This document shows, piece by piece, positions 36,192 through 45,432 of a stretch of 64,000 nt of DNA. The notes below the pieces were generated by a model. It was given only the letters and a program-made list of their open reading frames with translations. It was not told where the DNA came from and did no database searches. Origin of the DNA: Candidatus Beckwithbacteria bacterium (lineage in GTDB: Bacteria > Patescibacteriota > Microgenomatia > UBA1400 > CG1-02-47-37); contig JAPLVF010000011.1 in assembly GCA_026397255.1 (NCBI GenBank), forward strand, positions 7,589 through 71,588, given 5' to 3'. A program made the translations under genes and the position numbers. The number at the start of each line of letters is the position of its first letter. Position 1 is the first letter of the stretch.

Positions 36192-36569
36192 ATGCTTAAA
36201 ATTTCCAGAGAGGTGGATTTAGGGTTGCTGTTAATGGCGGAACTTTACGAAAAAAAGTCGTTAAGTTTGTCGGAGTGGGCGAAAGAGAAGAAGCTGCCAT
36301 ATAGGTTTTTAAGCAAGATTGCGGTGAAGCTAAAAAAAGCGGGGTTAATTAAAAGCCGAGAGGGAAGAGAGGGCGGCTATTGGTTGAATAAAAAAGTCAA
36401 AGTGGGAGAGATTTTTAAGGCAATTGAAGGAAAAAAGGGAGTGGTGGCGTGTCTGCAGGGGCAGACATGCGCGGCGGCCAAGTTTTGCCATCAGCGAAAA
36501 GTGCTGGTGAAATTAAATCAAGTTTTGGAAAAACAGTTAAATCAGATGAATTTGGAAGAGTTATGTTAA
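36192..36569 (+). CDS. Rrf2 family transcriptional regulator
   Basis: GLIKSREGREGGY, AIEG, C-x5-C-x5-C. Confidence 0.9.
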   Translation: MLKISREVDLGLLLMAELYEKKSLSLSEWAKEKKLPYRFLSKIAVKLKKAGLIKSREGREGGYWLNKKVKVGEIFKAIEGKKGVVACLQGQTCAAAKFCHQRKVLVKLNQVLEKQLNQMNLEELC

Positions 36570-37231
36570 AAGTGCAAAATTTAAAAGTAAAAGTGCAAAA
36601 TAAATTAATTCTAGACGGGATTAATTTGCAAATTGAGCGGGGAGAAATTGTCGCTTTAATGGGGCCGAACGGCAGTGGGAAAAGTAGTTTGGCGAACGCC
36701 ATAATGGGAAACCCGAGCTATCAGTTAGTGAGCGGACAAGCCTCACTTGACGGGGAAAATTTATTGAATTTGGGCCCGGATAAACGGGCAAAAATAGGCT
36801 TATTTTTGGCGTGGCAGAATCCGATCGGCATCAGGGGGGTGACGGTGGGGCAGATAGTAAGAAAGCCAAGAAAAGAGTTGTTGTTAGCGGCGAAAGATTT
36901 AAAAATTAAGCCGGAGTTTTTAGAAAGAGAGATTAATGTGGGTTTTTCCGGCGGAGAAAAGAAAAAGCTGGAAATTTTACAACTGATAATGTTGAAGCCA
37001 AAGTATGCGATTTTGGACGAGATTGATTCGGGGTTGGATATTGACGCCTTAAAATTACTAGGGGAAATTAAACAGAAAAAATTAGGAATTTTGCTGATTA
37101 CACATTACACCAGAATTTTTAAATACTTAAAACCGGATAGGGTTTTAGTAATGAAAGAGGGAAGAATTGTTAAAAGCGGCGGAAAAGAGCTGATAAAAAT
37201 TATTGAGAAAGACGGTTATGGTAATTTTTGA
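36563..37231 (+). CDS. sufC: Fe-S cluster assembly ATPase
   Basis: MGPNGSGKS, FSGGEKKK, LDEIDSGLDIDAL, ITHY. Confidence 0.95.
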   Translation: MLKVQNLKVKVQNKLILDGINLQIERGEIVALMGPNGSGKSSLANAIMGNPSYQLVSGQASLDGENLLNLGPDKRAKIGLFLAWQNPIGIRGVTVGQIVRKPRKELLLAAKDLKIKPEFLEREINVGFSGGEKKKLEILQLIMLKPKYAILDEIDSGLDIDALKLLGEIKQKKLGILLITHYTRIFKYLKPDRVLVMKEGRIVKSGGKELIKIIEKDGYGNF

Positions 37232-37277
37232 CTCGGTAAAGATAAATTATCGTGCTCACGCGTGCCCGAAGGGCAAC

Positions 37278-37314
37278 ATGATTGCGCGCGAAATTTACAT
37301 TACCTGCGTCAAAT
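37278..37314 (+). repeat. 37-bp intergenic motif, copy 1 (before sufB)
   Basis: 31 of 37 identical to 39835-39871 by manual alignment. Confidence 0.7.
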
Positions 37315-37323
37315 TATATTAAT

Positions 37324-38640
37324 ATGACTATTCTTGACCAAAATTTAATTAAGAAAATTTCCAAGCAAAAAAAAGAGCCTGGGTGGATGTTGGAGTTAAG
37401 ATTGAAAGCTTTAAAAAGTTTCCAAGAAAAACCAATGCCTAATTGGGGGGTAGATTTAAGCGGTTTAGACTTTGAGAAAATTAATTATTTTAGCGAGCCG
37501 GAAGATTCACCGAAAAGAAGTTGGAATCAGGTGCCGAGAGAAACCAAGGATGTGTTTGAAAAATTAGGGGTTCCAGAACAAGAGAGAAAGATTTTGGCCG
37601 GAGTGGGAGCGCAATGGAATAGCACAATAATTTATCAGAAATTAAAGGAAAAACTGGAGAACCAGGGAGTGATTTTTTGCCCGATGGAAGAGGCGGTGAA
37701 GCGGTGGCCGGATTTGGTCAAGCAGTATTTTATGACGAAAGCGGTGACAATAAATAATAATAAATTCAGCAGTTTAAACGGGGCAATTTGGTCTGGCGGG
37801 GTATTTGTTTATGTGCCGGAAGGGGTAGTAATCAAAGAACCATTGCAAGGGTTCTTCTGGCTGAACTTAAGGGCGGGAGGGCAGTTTGAGCACACGATTA
37901 TTGTGGCTGAAGAAAAGAGCAGAAGTGAGTTTATTGAAGGTTGTAGTGCGCCGGTTTACCAGCAGGATTCTCTGCATAGCGGGGTAGTGGAAATATTTGT
38001 GGGGAAAAGGGCCAGAGTCAAATTTTCCACGATTCAGAACTGGAGTAAAAATGTTTATAATTTAGGCACGAAAAGAGCGATGGTAGCCGAAGATGGGGTG
38101 ATGGAATGGGTGTCGGTTAGTTTGGGCAGTCAGGCGACCATGGTCTATCCGGCGAGTATTTTAATTGGCGACGGGGCGAAGACGAGTCAGTTATCTTTAA
38201 GTTTGGCAGGAAAGGGGCAGGAGATGGATACGGGTGGGAAAGCGATCCATATCGGCAAGAAGACCACTTCCAATATTGTGTCGAAATCGATCAGTAAAGA
38301 CGGTGGGAAAGCGAGTTACCGAGGGTTGGTAAAAATATTACCAGGGGCGAAAAGGGCAAAAAGCAGTGTTAATTGCGAATCATTGTTATTGGACAACAAA
38401 AGCCAGGCTAAAACTTATCCAAGCATGGAAATTTTAGAAGACGACGTGACGGCATTGCACGAAGCCAAAACAGGGAAGATTGCTGAGGAGGAACTGTTTT
38501 ATTTAATGAGCCGGGGATTGTCAGAACAAGAGGCAACCAGTTTAATTATTAATGGTTTTATTGAACCGGTAGTCAAAAATTTGCCTTTGGAGTATGCTGT
38601 GGAAATAAATAGATTGATCGATCTTTATGCTGAACATTAA
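37324..38640 (+). CDS. sufB: Fe-S cluster assembly scaffold
   Basis: KKEPGWMLELRL, WSGGVFVYVP, GQFEHT, EGCSAP, HEA, LPLEYAVE. Confidence 0.93.
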   Translation: MTILDQNLIKKISKQKKEPGWMLELRLKALKSFQEKPMPNWGVDLSGLDFEKINYFSEPEDSPKRSWNQVPRETKDVFEKLGVPEQERKILAGVGAQWNSTIIYQKLKEKLENQGVIFCPMEEAVKRWPDLVKQYFMTKAVTINNNKFSSLNGAIWSGGVFVYVPEGVVIKEPLQGFFWLNLRAGGQFEHTIIVAEEKSRSEFIEGCSAPVYQQDSLHSGVVEIFVGKRARVKFSTIQNWSKNVYNLGTKRAMVAEDGVMEWVSVSLGSQATMVYPASILIGDGAKTSQLSLSLAGKGQEMDTGGKAIHIGKKTTSNIVSKSISKDGGKASYRGLVKILPGAKRAKSSVNCESLLLDNKSQAKTYPSMEILEDDVTALHEAKTGKIAEEELFYLMSRGLSEQEATSLIINGFIEPVVKNLPLEYAVEINRLIDLYAEH

Positions 38641-39838
38641 GCAGATAAAACAAGATTTTCCGATTTTAAAACGTAAAGTTAACGGTAAGCGTTTGGTGTA
38701 TTTGGACAACGCGGCGACGTCGCAGAGACCGCTTCAAGTAATTAAAGCGATGCGGGATTTTGATTTGAAACACAATGCCAATGTGCATCGGGGTTTACAC
38801 ATTTTGTCAGAAGAGGCGAGTGAATTGTATGAAAAATCCCGGGAAGCAGTGGCGAAGTTCGTGGGGGCAAATTCAGACGAAATTATTTTTGTGAGAAATA
38901 CGACTGAAGGAATTAATTTAGTGGCTAAAGCATGGACTGGGAAAAATATTGATAAAGACGGAGAGATTTTAGCAACGGTGATGGAGCATCACAGCAATAT
39001 TTTGCCGTGGATGCAACTGGGGTTAACGGTAAGGTTTGTGGATGTGACTGATGAAGGGGTTTTGGATATGGAAGATTTTAAGAAGAAGTTAACAAAAAAA
39101 ACTAAGTTGATATCAGTAGGGCACATGTCCAATATGACAGGAACAATTAATCCGGTGGCAGAAATTGTCAGGATGGCCAGAAAAGTGAAAGCCCGGGTGT
39201 TAATTGACGGAGCGCAAAGCGTGCAGCATGTAGGGATTGATGTGAAAAAAATCAATTGTGACTGGTTAGCTTTTTCAGGACACAAAATGTTGGGGCCGAT
39301 GGGAATTGGCGCCTTGTATATTAAAAAAGAACGGCAGGAGGAAATGGGTGTATTTTTAACCGGTGGCGGGATGATCTCTGAAGTTTATATTGACAAACCG
39401 GCGGTGTGGGCGAGGGGGGTGGAAAAATGGGAAGCAGGGACGCCGAACGTGGAGGGAGCAGTGGGTTTGGCGGCGGCCTGCGAATATCATAATCAGCTGG
39501 GGTTGAAAAATATTAGAGAGCACGAGAAAGCATTAACGGCCTATGCTTTGAAAGAATTAGCTAGATTTAAAGAAATTAAAATTTACGGACCCAAAAACGT
39601 GAACATCCGCGGCGGGGTACTGAGCTTTAGTTTTAAAGGGGTGCACGCACATGACGTGGCGCAGGTTTTGGACAGTGAAGGAGTGGCGGTCAGGTCCGGC
39701 CACCACTGCACGATGCCGTTACACCAGCGGTTTGGGTTGGTGGCGTCGACTAGAGCCAGTTTTTATATTTATAATGACAAAAAAGACATAGATGCGTTAA
39801 TTAAGGCATTAGAAAAAGTAAGGAAAGTATTCAAATGA
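38627..39838 (+). CDS. sufS: Cysteine desulfurase
   Basis: YLDNAATSQ, EHHSN, SGHKMLGP, RSGHHC. Confidence 0.96.
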   Translation: MLNIKQIKQDFPILKRKVNGKRLVYLDNAATSQRPLQVIKAMRDFDLKHNANVHRGLHILSEEASELYEKSREAVAKFVGANSDEIIFVRNTTEGINLVAKAWTGKNIDKDGEILATVMEHHSNILPWMQLGLTVRFVDVTDEGVLDMEDFKKKLTKKTKLISVGHMSNMTGTINPVAEIVRMARKVKARVLIDGAQSVQHVGIDVKKINCDWLAFSGHKMLGPMGIGALYIKKERQEEMGVFLTGGGMISEVYIDKPAVWARGVEKWEAGTPNVEGAVGLAAACEYHNQLGLKNIREHEKALTAYALKELARFKEIKIYGPKNVNIRGGVLSFSFKGVHAHDVAQVLDSEGVAVRSGHHCTMPLHQRFGLVASTRASFYIYNDKKDIDALIKALEKVRKVFK

Positions 39839-39871
39839 TCGCGCGAAAAATTTGTATTGCCTGCGTCAAAT
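39835..39871 (+). repeat. 37-bp intergenic motif, copy 2 (before sufU)
   Basis: Matches 37278-37314; shared core CCTGCGTCAAAT. Confidence 0.7.
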
Positions 39872-39878
39872 AAGTTTT

Positions 39879-40235
39879 ATGGATATATATCGAGAAGAAA
39901 TACTGGACCATTATAAAAATCCGAGAAATTTTGGTCCGGTTGATGAGTTTAAGATAAAAGCGATGGATCGGAATGCCAGCTGTGGGGATGTGATTGAGAT
40001 AGGATTAATGATTAAAGATAAAAGAATAACGAACATTCAATTTAAAGGCGAAGGTTGCGCGATTGCCATGGCGGCAACCAGCATGCTGACGGAAATGGTG
40101 AAAGGGAAAACAGTGGTTCAAGTAAAAAAATTAACCGATCAGGACATGATTAAAAAATTAGGCATAAATGTTAGTTTAGGGAGGAAAAAATGCGCCACAC
40201 TCGGACTAGTGGTATTACAAAAACTACTAATTTAG
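39879..40235 (+). CDS. sufU: SufU/IscU-like protein
   Basis: YREEILDHYKNPRN, NASCGD, GCAI, RKKCA. Confidence 0.92.
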   Translation: MDIYREEILDHYKNPRNFGPVDEFKIKAMDRNASCGDVIEIGLMIKDKRITNIQFKGEGCAIAMAATSMLTEMVKGKTVVQVKKLTDQDMIKKLGINVSLGRKKCATLGLVVLQKLLI

Positions 40236-40435
40236 GTGAGTTAACAGGGGCTTATCCGGAGTTGACAGAAGTATTGATGGATGATTACGGTTTACATTGT
40301 GTTGGCTGTATGGCGGCGGCGTTTGAAACTTTGGAAGAGGGGGCGAGGGCGCACGGGTTTGATAATAAAGAGGTAGAGAAAATGGTGAAAAAATTAAACG
40401 AGATAATTAAGAAGAAGCGCCGAGACGGAAATTAA
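40190..40435 (+). CDS. DUF1858-like protein
   Basis: YGLHCVGC..FETLEEGARAHG; start uncertain. Confidence 0.8.
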   Translation: MRHTRTSGITKTTNLGELTGAYPELTEVLMDDYGLHCVGCMAAAFETLEEGARAHGFDNKEVEKMVKKLNEIIKKKRRDGN

Positions 40436-40504
40436 TGATAGAGGCAAGCTTAACCATGTCTGTTATAATGCCACTATCAATTTATTAAAAAATAAAGGAG
40501 TTAT

Positions 40505-41044
40505 ATGTCTAAAGATAAAAAAGCAGTAATAGTGATAGATATGTTGGAGGATTTTGTTTTTGGCAGTTTGGCCAATAAAAGAGCAGAAGTAATTATTAAC
40601 CCCATAAAAAAGTTATTAGCTTATGCCAGGAAGAAACATTGGTTAGTGGTTTATGCGAATGATGCTCATTTGCCTGGAGATCCAGAAGAAAAAGTTTGGG
40701 GAATGCATGCTTTAGCGGGGACGTCGGGAGCTCAAGTCATTAAGATGCTGAAACCACAAAAGGGCGATGTGATTTTACCAAAAAGAACTTACAGCTCTTT
40801 TTATGAAACAGGGTTGGATTTGTCATTGAGACAAAATGGGGTGACAACAGTCATTATTACAGGTCAACATACGCATATTTGCGTGCGGCATACCAGCGCC
40901 GACGCTTTTGCGAGAAATTACGATATTATTATTCCGCGTGATTGCGTTGAGTCATTTACTCAAGAGGATCAAGAAAAAGGCTTGGAATACCTAAAGATGT
41001 GTTACAAAGCGAAAATAGTGAAAGCTAAAGATTTAATTAAATAG
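40505..41044 (+). CDS. pncA: Isochorismatase-family cysteine hydrolase, probable nicotinamidase
   Basis: VIDMLEDF, DAH, KRTYSSF, THICV; adjacent to pncB and nadE. Confidence 0.8.
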   Translation: MSKDKKAVIVIDMLEDFVFGSLANKRAEVIINPIKKLLAYARKKHWLVVYANDAHLPGDPEEKVWGMHALAGTSGAQVIKMLKPQKGDVILPKRTYSSFYETGLDLSLRQNGVTTVIITGQHTHICVRHTSADAFARNYDIIIPRDCVESFTQEDQEKGLEYLKMCYKAKIVKAKDLIK

Positions 41045-42056
41045 GCCAGGGTTTTAATCTGGGGTTGGGTGAATATTTTCTGCCGGTTTTGGCCAAATTT
41101 TTGCCGTTTAAACGAACAGCATCGGCGGTAAAATCAATTTTGCCGGAAAAAATTGAACTGCCAACAGCGTAAATATCAACAGGAGTTTTAGTTAATTCAA
41201 ACTGTTTGATTTTTTCCGGATTAAAGCCGCCGGAAACGATGATTTTTACCCAATTATAGCCGTTATTGTCTAAAGCCTGCCTGACTTTTTTGACCAGCAG
41301 AGGATTAACGCCGGTTTGTTGTGGAGTAGAAATATCAGCAATATTTTCGGCAGTGTCGAGACGGACCCCCCAAAGTTTTTTACCCAATTTTTTAGCTGAT
41401 TCGAGGGCTCCTTTAACGCAATTATTATTAAAGTCAATCAGGCTAATAGTATTAATTTCAGGAAAATATTGATTAAATTTGATGGCGGTTTTGGCGGTGT
41501 CACCATGATAAGCAACAATTAAGGCATGGGGAATGGTTCCGACAGGTTTTTGATTAATTAAGGAGGCAGCGGCGGGAGTGCTGACTCCACTGGCGCCACC
41601 GATAAGGGCGGCATAACCATCACCCTCCTGATTAAGAAAATAATCAAAGCGGGGGGCGAAGTAGAGAACAGGTTTGCCGTTAGCGGCCACAACAGCATTA
41701 TGGATATTGGTAGCAATCAGGCTGCGGCGGGCGAAAATACCTAAATAGACAGTTTCCAGATGAGCAAAATAAGAATAGTCCCCCTCAATAGTTAACACGG
41801 TTTCCCATGAGGAGATTTGATGACCGTCTTTTAATGCATGAATTTTTAACTGAGAAATAGAATCAATTGTTTGTCGAAAGAGTTGTTTAGTTTCTTCAAT
41901 GCCACAAAGAGTTATGTTTTTTTGTTTTTGAAAAACCTGCAAAGTAAGGATTGGGTGGTAATTGTCGTCGATTAAAATCTTTCTGGCACGGTTAAAATAT
42001 ACGTCACTATAGTCGCCACGCCGGATTTTAGCAGTCGGGAAATAAAACTTAATCAT
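41037..42056 (-). CDS. pncB: Nicotinate phosphoribosyltransferase
   Basis: YSDVYF, GTIPHAL, GVRLDT, IIVSGGF. Confidence 0.88.
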   Translation of the reverse strand: MIKFYFPTAKIRRGDYSDVYFNRARKILIDDNYHPILTLQVFQKQKNITLCGIEETKQLFRQTIDSISQLKIHALKDGHQISSWETVLTIEGDYSYFAHLETVYLGIFARRSLIATNIHNAVVAANGKPVLYFAPRFDYFLNQEGDGYAALIGGASGVSTPAAASLINQKPVGTIPHALIVAYHGDTAKTAIKFNQYFPEINTISLIDFNNNCVKGALESAKKLGKKLWGVRLDTAENIADISTPQQTGVNPLLVKKVRQALDNNGYNWVKIIVSGGFNPEKIKQFELTKTPVDIYAVGSSIFSGKIDFTADAVRLNGKNLAKTGRKYSPNPRLKPWPI

Positions 42057-42074
42057 GAGGTTATAATACAATAT

Positions 42075-42797
42075 ATGTCTACTATGTCAGCAGGGAATAA
42101 AGAAATTGAGTTTATTAAAGCTATTTTTGAAAAAGAAAAAAAATCAAAAGCCGTGGTGGCAGTGTCCGGTGGGATTGATTCCAGCGTGGTGTTGGTGCTG
42201 ATGGTGAAAGCCTTGGGAGCGGAAAATGTTTATGCGATGCAATTACCTTATAAAAACCAGTCAGTAGAGAATTCTAGCTTAATTATCGATTGGGTGAAAA
42301 TTTCAGCAGAAAACAGAGTTAAAATAAACATTGCCAAAATCGTGGATGGATTCGGGGTAAAAGACAAAGTGAGGTTGGGAAATATTATGGCACGGGTGAG
42401 AATGATATATACTTTTGACCAGGCGAAAAAACTAAAAGCCTTAGTGGTGGGGACGGAGAATAAGTCGGAAAAACTTTTAGGTTACTATACCCGTTATGGC
42501 GACGAGGCCTCAGACATTGAGCCGATTATTCATTTGTACAAAACCCAAGTTTGCCAACTGGCGAAAGAATTAAAAATTCCGGAAAAAATTATTAAGCAGG
42601 CGCCGAGCGCAGGTTTGTGGCAAGGGCAAACTGATGAGGGCGATTTGGGTTTTAGCTATGAAGAAGTAGAAGGATATTTTAAAAACAAAAAACCAAATAA
42701 AAAAATTGAGAAATGGCTAAAAAAGGTGGAATTTAAGAAAAGAGCGCCATATAATCTTGGAGATGATGATATAATATTGACCGATTATGCTAAATAA
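42075..42797 (+). CDS. nadE: NH3-dependent NAD+ synthetase
   Basis: SGGIDS, GNIMARVRM, GTENKSE, GYYTRYGD, PSAGLWQGQTDE. Confidence 0.96.
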   Translation: MSTMSAGNKEIEFIKAIFEKEKKSKAVVAVSGGIDSSVVLVLMVKALGAENVYAMQLPYKNQSVENSSLIIDWVKISAENRVKINIAKIVDGFGVKDKVRLGNIMARVRMIYTFDQAKKLKALVVGTENKSEKLLGYYTRYGDEASDIEPIIHLYKTQVCQLAKELKIPEKIIKQAPSAGLWQGQTDEGDLGFSYEEVEGYFKNKKPNKKIEKWLKKVEFKKRAPYNLGDDDIILTDYAK

Positions 42798-43374
42798 GGA
42801 ATTAATTAGTTCTGCAGAAGGTCGGCTTGAGCAATACAAAGCGGACCATAGCTTTAGAGTAATGTATTTAGCGCGAGAAATATTCCGATTAGAGGCAATT
42901 AATGCTCCAGAGGAAATTCATCAAGAGCCAGCTTTTTTTATTGAGGTGCTAGATTGGGCAGGAGCATTACATGATACAGAAATGAAAGAGTTAAATGATT
43001 TTACTCACGGGCAGAAAGCGGCGGAGAAGGTTGATCAGATTATTGGCGATAAGCTTAGTGAAAAAGGTAGAAATCTCGTTAAGCTTTTATGCAATTGTCA
43101 CTGGGTTGATGATAATGAAATTTATGGATTAAATCCTACAGAAGCTTGGTTATTAAAGGTATTTAAAGATGCAGATAATTTGGATGGAGTGAGATTTAGC
43201 AAAAATGGGATTTTAGACGAAAGTCGTTTTAGGCTTAGATTTCAAAGTTCGAGAGAATTAATCGGTAAGGCAGGCGAACTTTGGGGAAAAACGCACCAAA
43301 TATTTGAAACACAGTATCAGGCGTTTAATGAAGTAAGCAAAGCGGCGGTTGAAATAGGTTTGATAATTCAGTAA
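42787..43374 (+). CDS. HD-domain protein
   Basis: DHSFRV, ALHD, HG, KDADNLD. Confidence 0.75.
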   Translation: MLNKELISSAEGRLEQYKADHSFRVMYLAREIFRLEAINAPEEIHQEPAFFIEVLDWAGALHDTEMKELNDFTHGQKAAEKVDQIIGDKLSEKGRNLVKLLCNCHWVDDNEIYGLNPTEAWLLKVFKDADNLDGVRFSKNGILDESRFRLRFQSSRELIGKAGELWGKTHQIFETQYQAFNEVSKAAVEIGLIIQ

Positions 43375-43379
43375 TAATA

Positions 43380-44081
43380 GTGTTCATGGTGACTCCGCAG
43401 CAATATACAGCTAAATTAAGCGAAAAGACACAATTAAATAAAAACTATTGTTTATTTCAACTGGAGTTAATTAAACCCAACACAATTAATTTTCAGGCCG
43501 GCCAGTATCTTTCTTTAGAAATTGGCGGCGGAGAGAAACGGGCCTATTCAATTGTTTCGACACCGACAAAAAATTACGGAGTGGATTTGTGCGTGGATTT
43601 ATCGCCCCAAGGGAAGGGGACAACCTATTTAAAAAATTTACAGCCAGGAGATGAGGTAAAATTTTTAGGGCCGCTGGGTAGATTTATTGTTGGCAGAGAG
43701 AAGAAGTTGTTGTTCGTGGCGACCGGCTGTGGGATTTCGCCAATACGGAGCATGGTATTTGATTTATTGGAAGACAAAAAAGATAAACGGGAAATTTGGC
43801 TGTTGTGGGGACTAAGGTATGTGGAAGATATGTTTTGGGAAGAAAAATTCCGGCAGATTGACGAGTATTATCCTAATTTTCATTACCGGTTAGTTTTATC
43901 TAAGCCGCCGGAAAAATGGCCGGTGGAAAGCGGGCACGTGACTGATGAGATTAAGAATTTAGATTTAAACAATGATTGGGGGGCGTATTTGTGCGGAAAC
44001 CAAACAATGATTGCAGAAGTTAAACAAATGTTGCAAGATAAGGGAGTACCAGAAGTCAATATTCATTTTGAAAAATTCTAA
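43380..44081 (+). CDS. FNR-like FAD/NAD(P)-binding oxidoreductase
   Basis: FQAGQY, RAYSI, GPLGRF, ATGCGISP, YLCG, EKF. Confidence 0.92.
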   Translation: MFMVTPQQYTAKLSEKTQLNKNYCLFQLELIKPNTINFQAGQYLSLEIGGGEKRAYSIVSTPTKNYGVDLCVDLSPQGKGTTYLKNLQPGDEVKFLGPLGRFIVGREKKLLFVATGCGISPIRSMVFDLLEDKKDKREIWLLWGLRYVEDMFWEEKFRQIDEYYPNFHYRLVLSKPPEKWPVESGHVTDEIKNLDLNNDWGAYLCGNQTMIAEVKQMLQDKGVPEVNIHFEKF

Positions 44082-44088
44082 GGAGGAT

Positions 44089-44103
44089 TCCGCCACAGGC
44101 GGA
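44089..44103. repeat. TCCGCC-N3-GGCGGA palindrome between the SD and the ferredoxin start
   Basis: Same stem as 62957-62972 and 63512-63537. Confidence 0.65.
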
Positions 44104-44108
44104 TAAAT

Positions 44109-44336
44109 ATGGCGAAATATAAGATTAAAATTATTAAAGATAAGTGTATCAGCGCGGCGGCGTGTGTGGGAATCGCCCCTAAAGTTTATCAATTGGATGA
44201 GAATAATATTGTTTATGTGGCGGACGAAAACGGGGATACGGCAGAGAATATTTTATTAGGCGCACAAAGTTGTCCGACGAACGCGATTGAAATTTACGAC
44301 GCGGAAACAAACGAAAAGGTGTGGCCCAAGGACTAG
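44109..44336 (+). CDS. Monocluster ferredoxin (probably 3Fe-4S)
   Basis: CISAAAC...SCPTNAI. Confidence 0.9.
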   Translation: MAKYKIKIIKDKCISAAACVGIAPKVYQLDENNIVYVADENGDTAENILLGAQSCPTNAIEIYDAETNEKVWPKD

Positions 44337-44362
44337 CTTATAATATTCTTGAGGTGCGCCTC

Positions 44363-44391
44363 TTGACATCAGGGGAATAACTGTCTAGGCT
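44363..44391 (+). promoter_or_regulatory. Sigma-70 promoter
   Basis: TTGACA-17 nt-TAGGCT. Confidence 0.6.
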
Positions 44392-44423
44392 TAGGTCAGA
44401 TATAGAGAGGGGGTGAGGTATAA

Positions 44424-44621
44424 ATGGCTTATTCTTATAAGAATAAAAAAGGTGTAACTTATTACTTACACTTTAAAGATGTTAATCTTCGCGGCGGGAA
44501 AAAGCAGAGAATTTACTTCTTTGCCCGTGACGTGAGAAGCGGATCTTTAGATGCAGTTCCGTCCGGATATGCAGTGATGGAAACTCAGAGAACCGGAATG
44601 CCGGTTTTGAAGAAAGCTTAA
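44424..44621 (+). CDS. Small basic hypothetical protein (65 aa)
   Basis: Own promoter, GGGGGTGA SD and terminator; GVTYYLH..IYFF..TGMPVLKK. Confidence 0.8.
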   Translation: MAYSYKNKKGVTYYLHFKDVNLRGGKKQRIYFFARDVRSGSLDAVPSGYAVMETQRTGMPVLKKA

Positions 44622-44640
44622 TTTTTTAAAGCGAAAATAT

Positions 44641-44666
44641 ACCCCGCTGCTCGCGAGCAGCGGGGT
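44641..44666. terminator. Perfect 26-bp palindrome between convergent genes (bidirectional terminator candidate)
   Basis: ACCCCGCTGCTCGCGAGCAGCGGGGT followed by TTCTT. Confidence 0.75.
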
Positions 44667-44669
44667 TTC

Positions 44670-45386
44670 TTATGACCGAATGTTAGGAAAGATTTTTTTT
44701 GAGGGTTTATTAAGAAAAGCAAAGGAGAGGAAAATAGGTAAACCGTATTTGAGATAACGGTTGATGCCATAACGCAGACGGCGATCGCTGGTTTTAACTT
44801 CTAATTCATGGAGATAACCGATTTTGCCGACGCGGCTAACTCGTCGGGCTAACTCCATGTCTTCGAAAGAGAAGAATTTAGAGTCAAAGCCGCCGACAGT
44901 GGTAAAGACCTTTTTTTTGATAGCAAAATTAGCCCCACCGAAAGAAAAATAGCCAGTGATCATTTTATTGAGCATTTCGCCTAAGGGAAAGATTAAAAAG
45001 GGGATGAGTCGATATTTTGATTTGTGATGAAAACGATAGATGCCAACTAGGGCAGCGAGATCTGGTTGGGAACTAAAAGCGTTATTAATGTTATCGAGCC
45101 AGTCAGAAGGAGCAATTGAGTCGGCGTCGATAAAGGCTAAAATTTGGCCACGGGCGACCTTAGCGCCGGCGTTACGGGCCCGGCCCGGCCCGGCCTTAGT
45201 TTCGCTAACAACACGAATATTAAATTTTTTAGCGATGGCGGCCGTGGAGTCAGTCGAGTTGTTGTCGACAACAATAATTTCGTAGGGGTGACGGTAATCT
45301 TGATTTTTCAGGGAGGTTAGGCAAAGACCGATAGATTTAGCTTCATTATAGGCAGGGACGATGACGGAAATTTTAGGTATTGGCAT
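44670..45386 (-). CDS. Glycosyltransferase family 2
   Basis: ISVIVPAYNE, VVDNNSTD, ARNAG, FIDAD, FEDME. Confidence 0.93.
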   Translation of the reverse strand: MPIPKISVIVPAYNEAKSIGLCLTSLKNQDYRHPYEIIVVDNNSTDSTAAIAKKFNIRVVSETKAGPGRARNAGAKVARGQILAFIDADSIAPSDWLDNINNAFSSQPDLAALVGIYRFHHKSKYRLIPFLIFPLGEMLNKMITGYFSFGGANFAIKKKVFTTVGGFDSKFFSFEDMELARRVSRVGKIGYLHELEVKTSDRRLRYGINRYLKYGLPIFLSFAFLNKPSKKIFPNIRS

Positions 45387-45432
45387 AGTTAGATAAGATA
45401 TTATAGTATAAGTTATAAGAAAGGGAGGGAGT

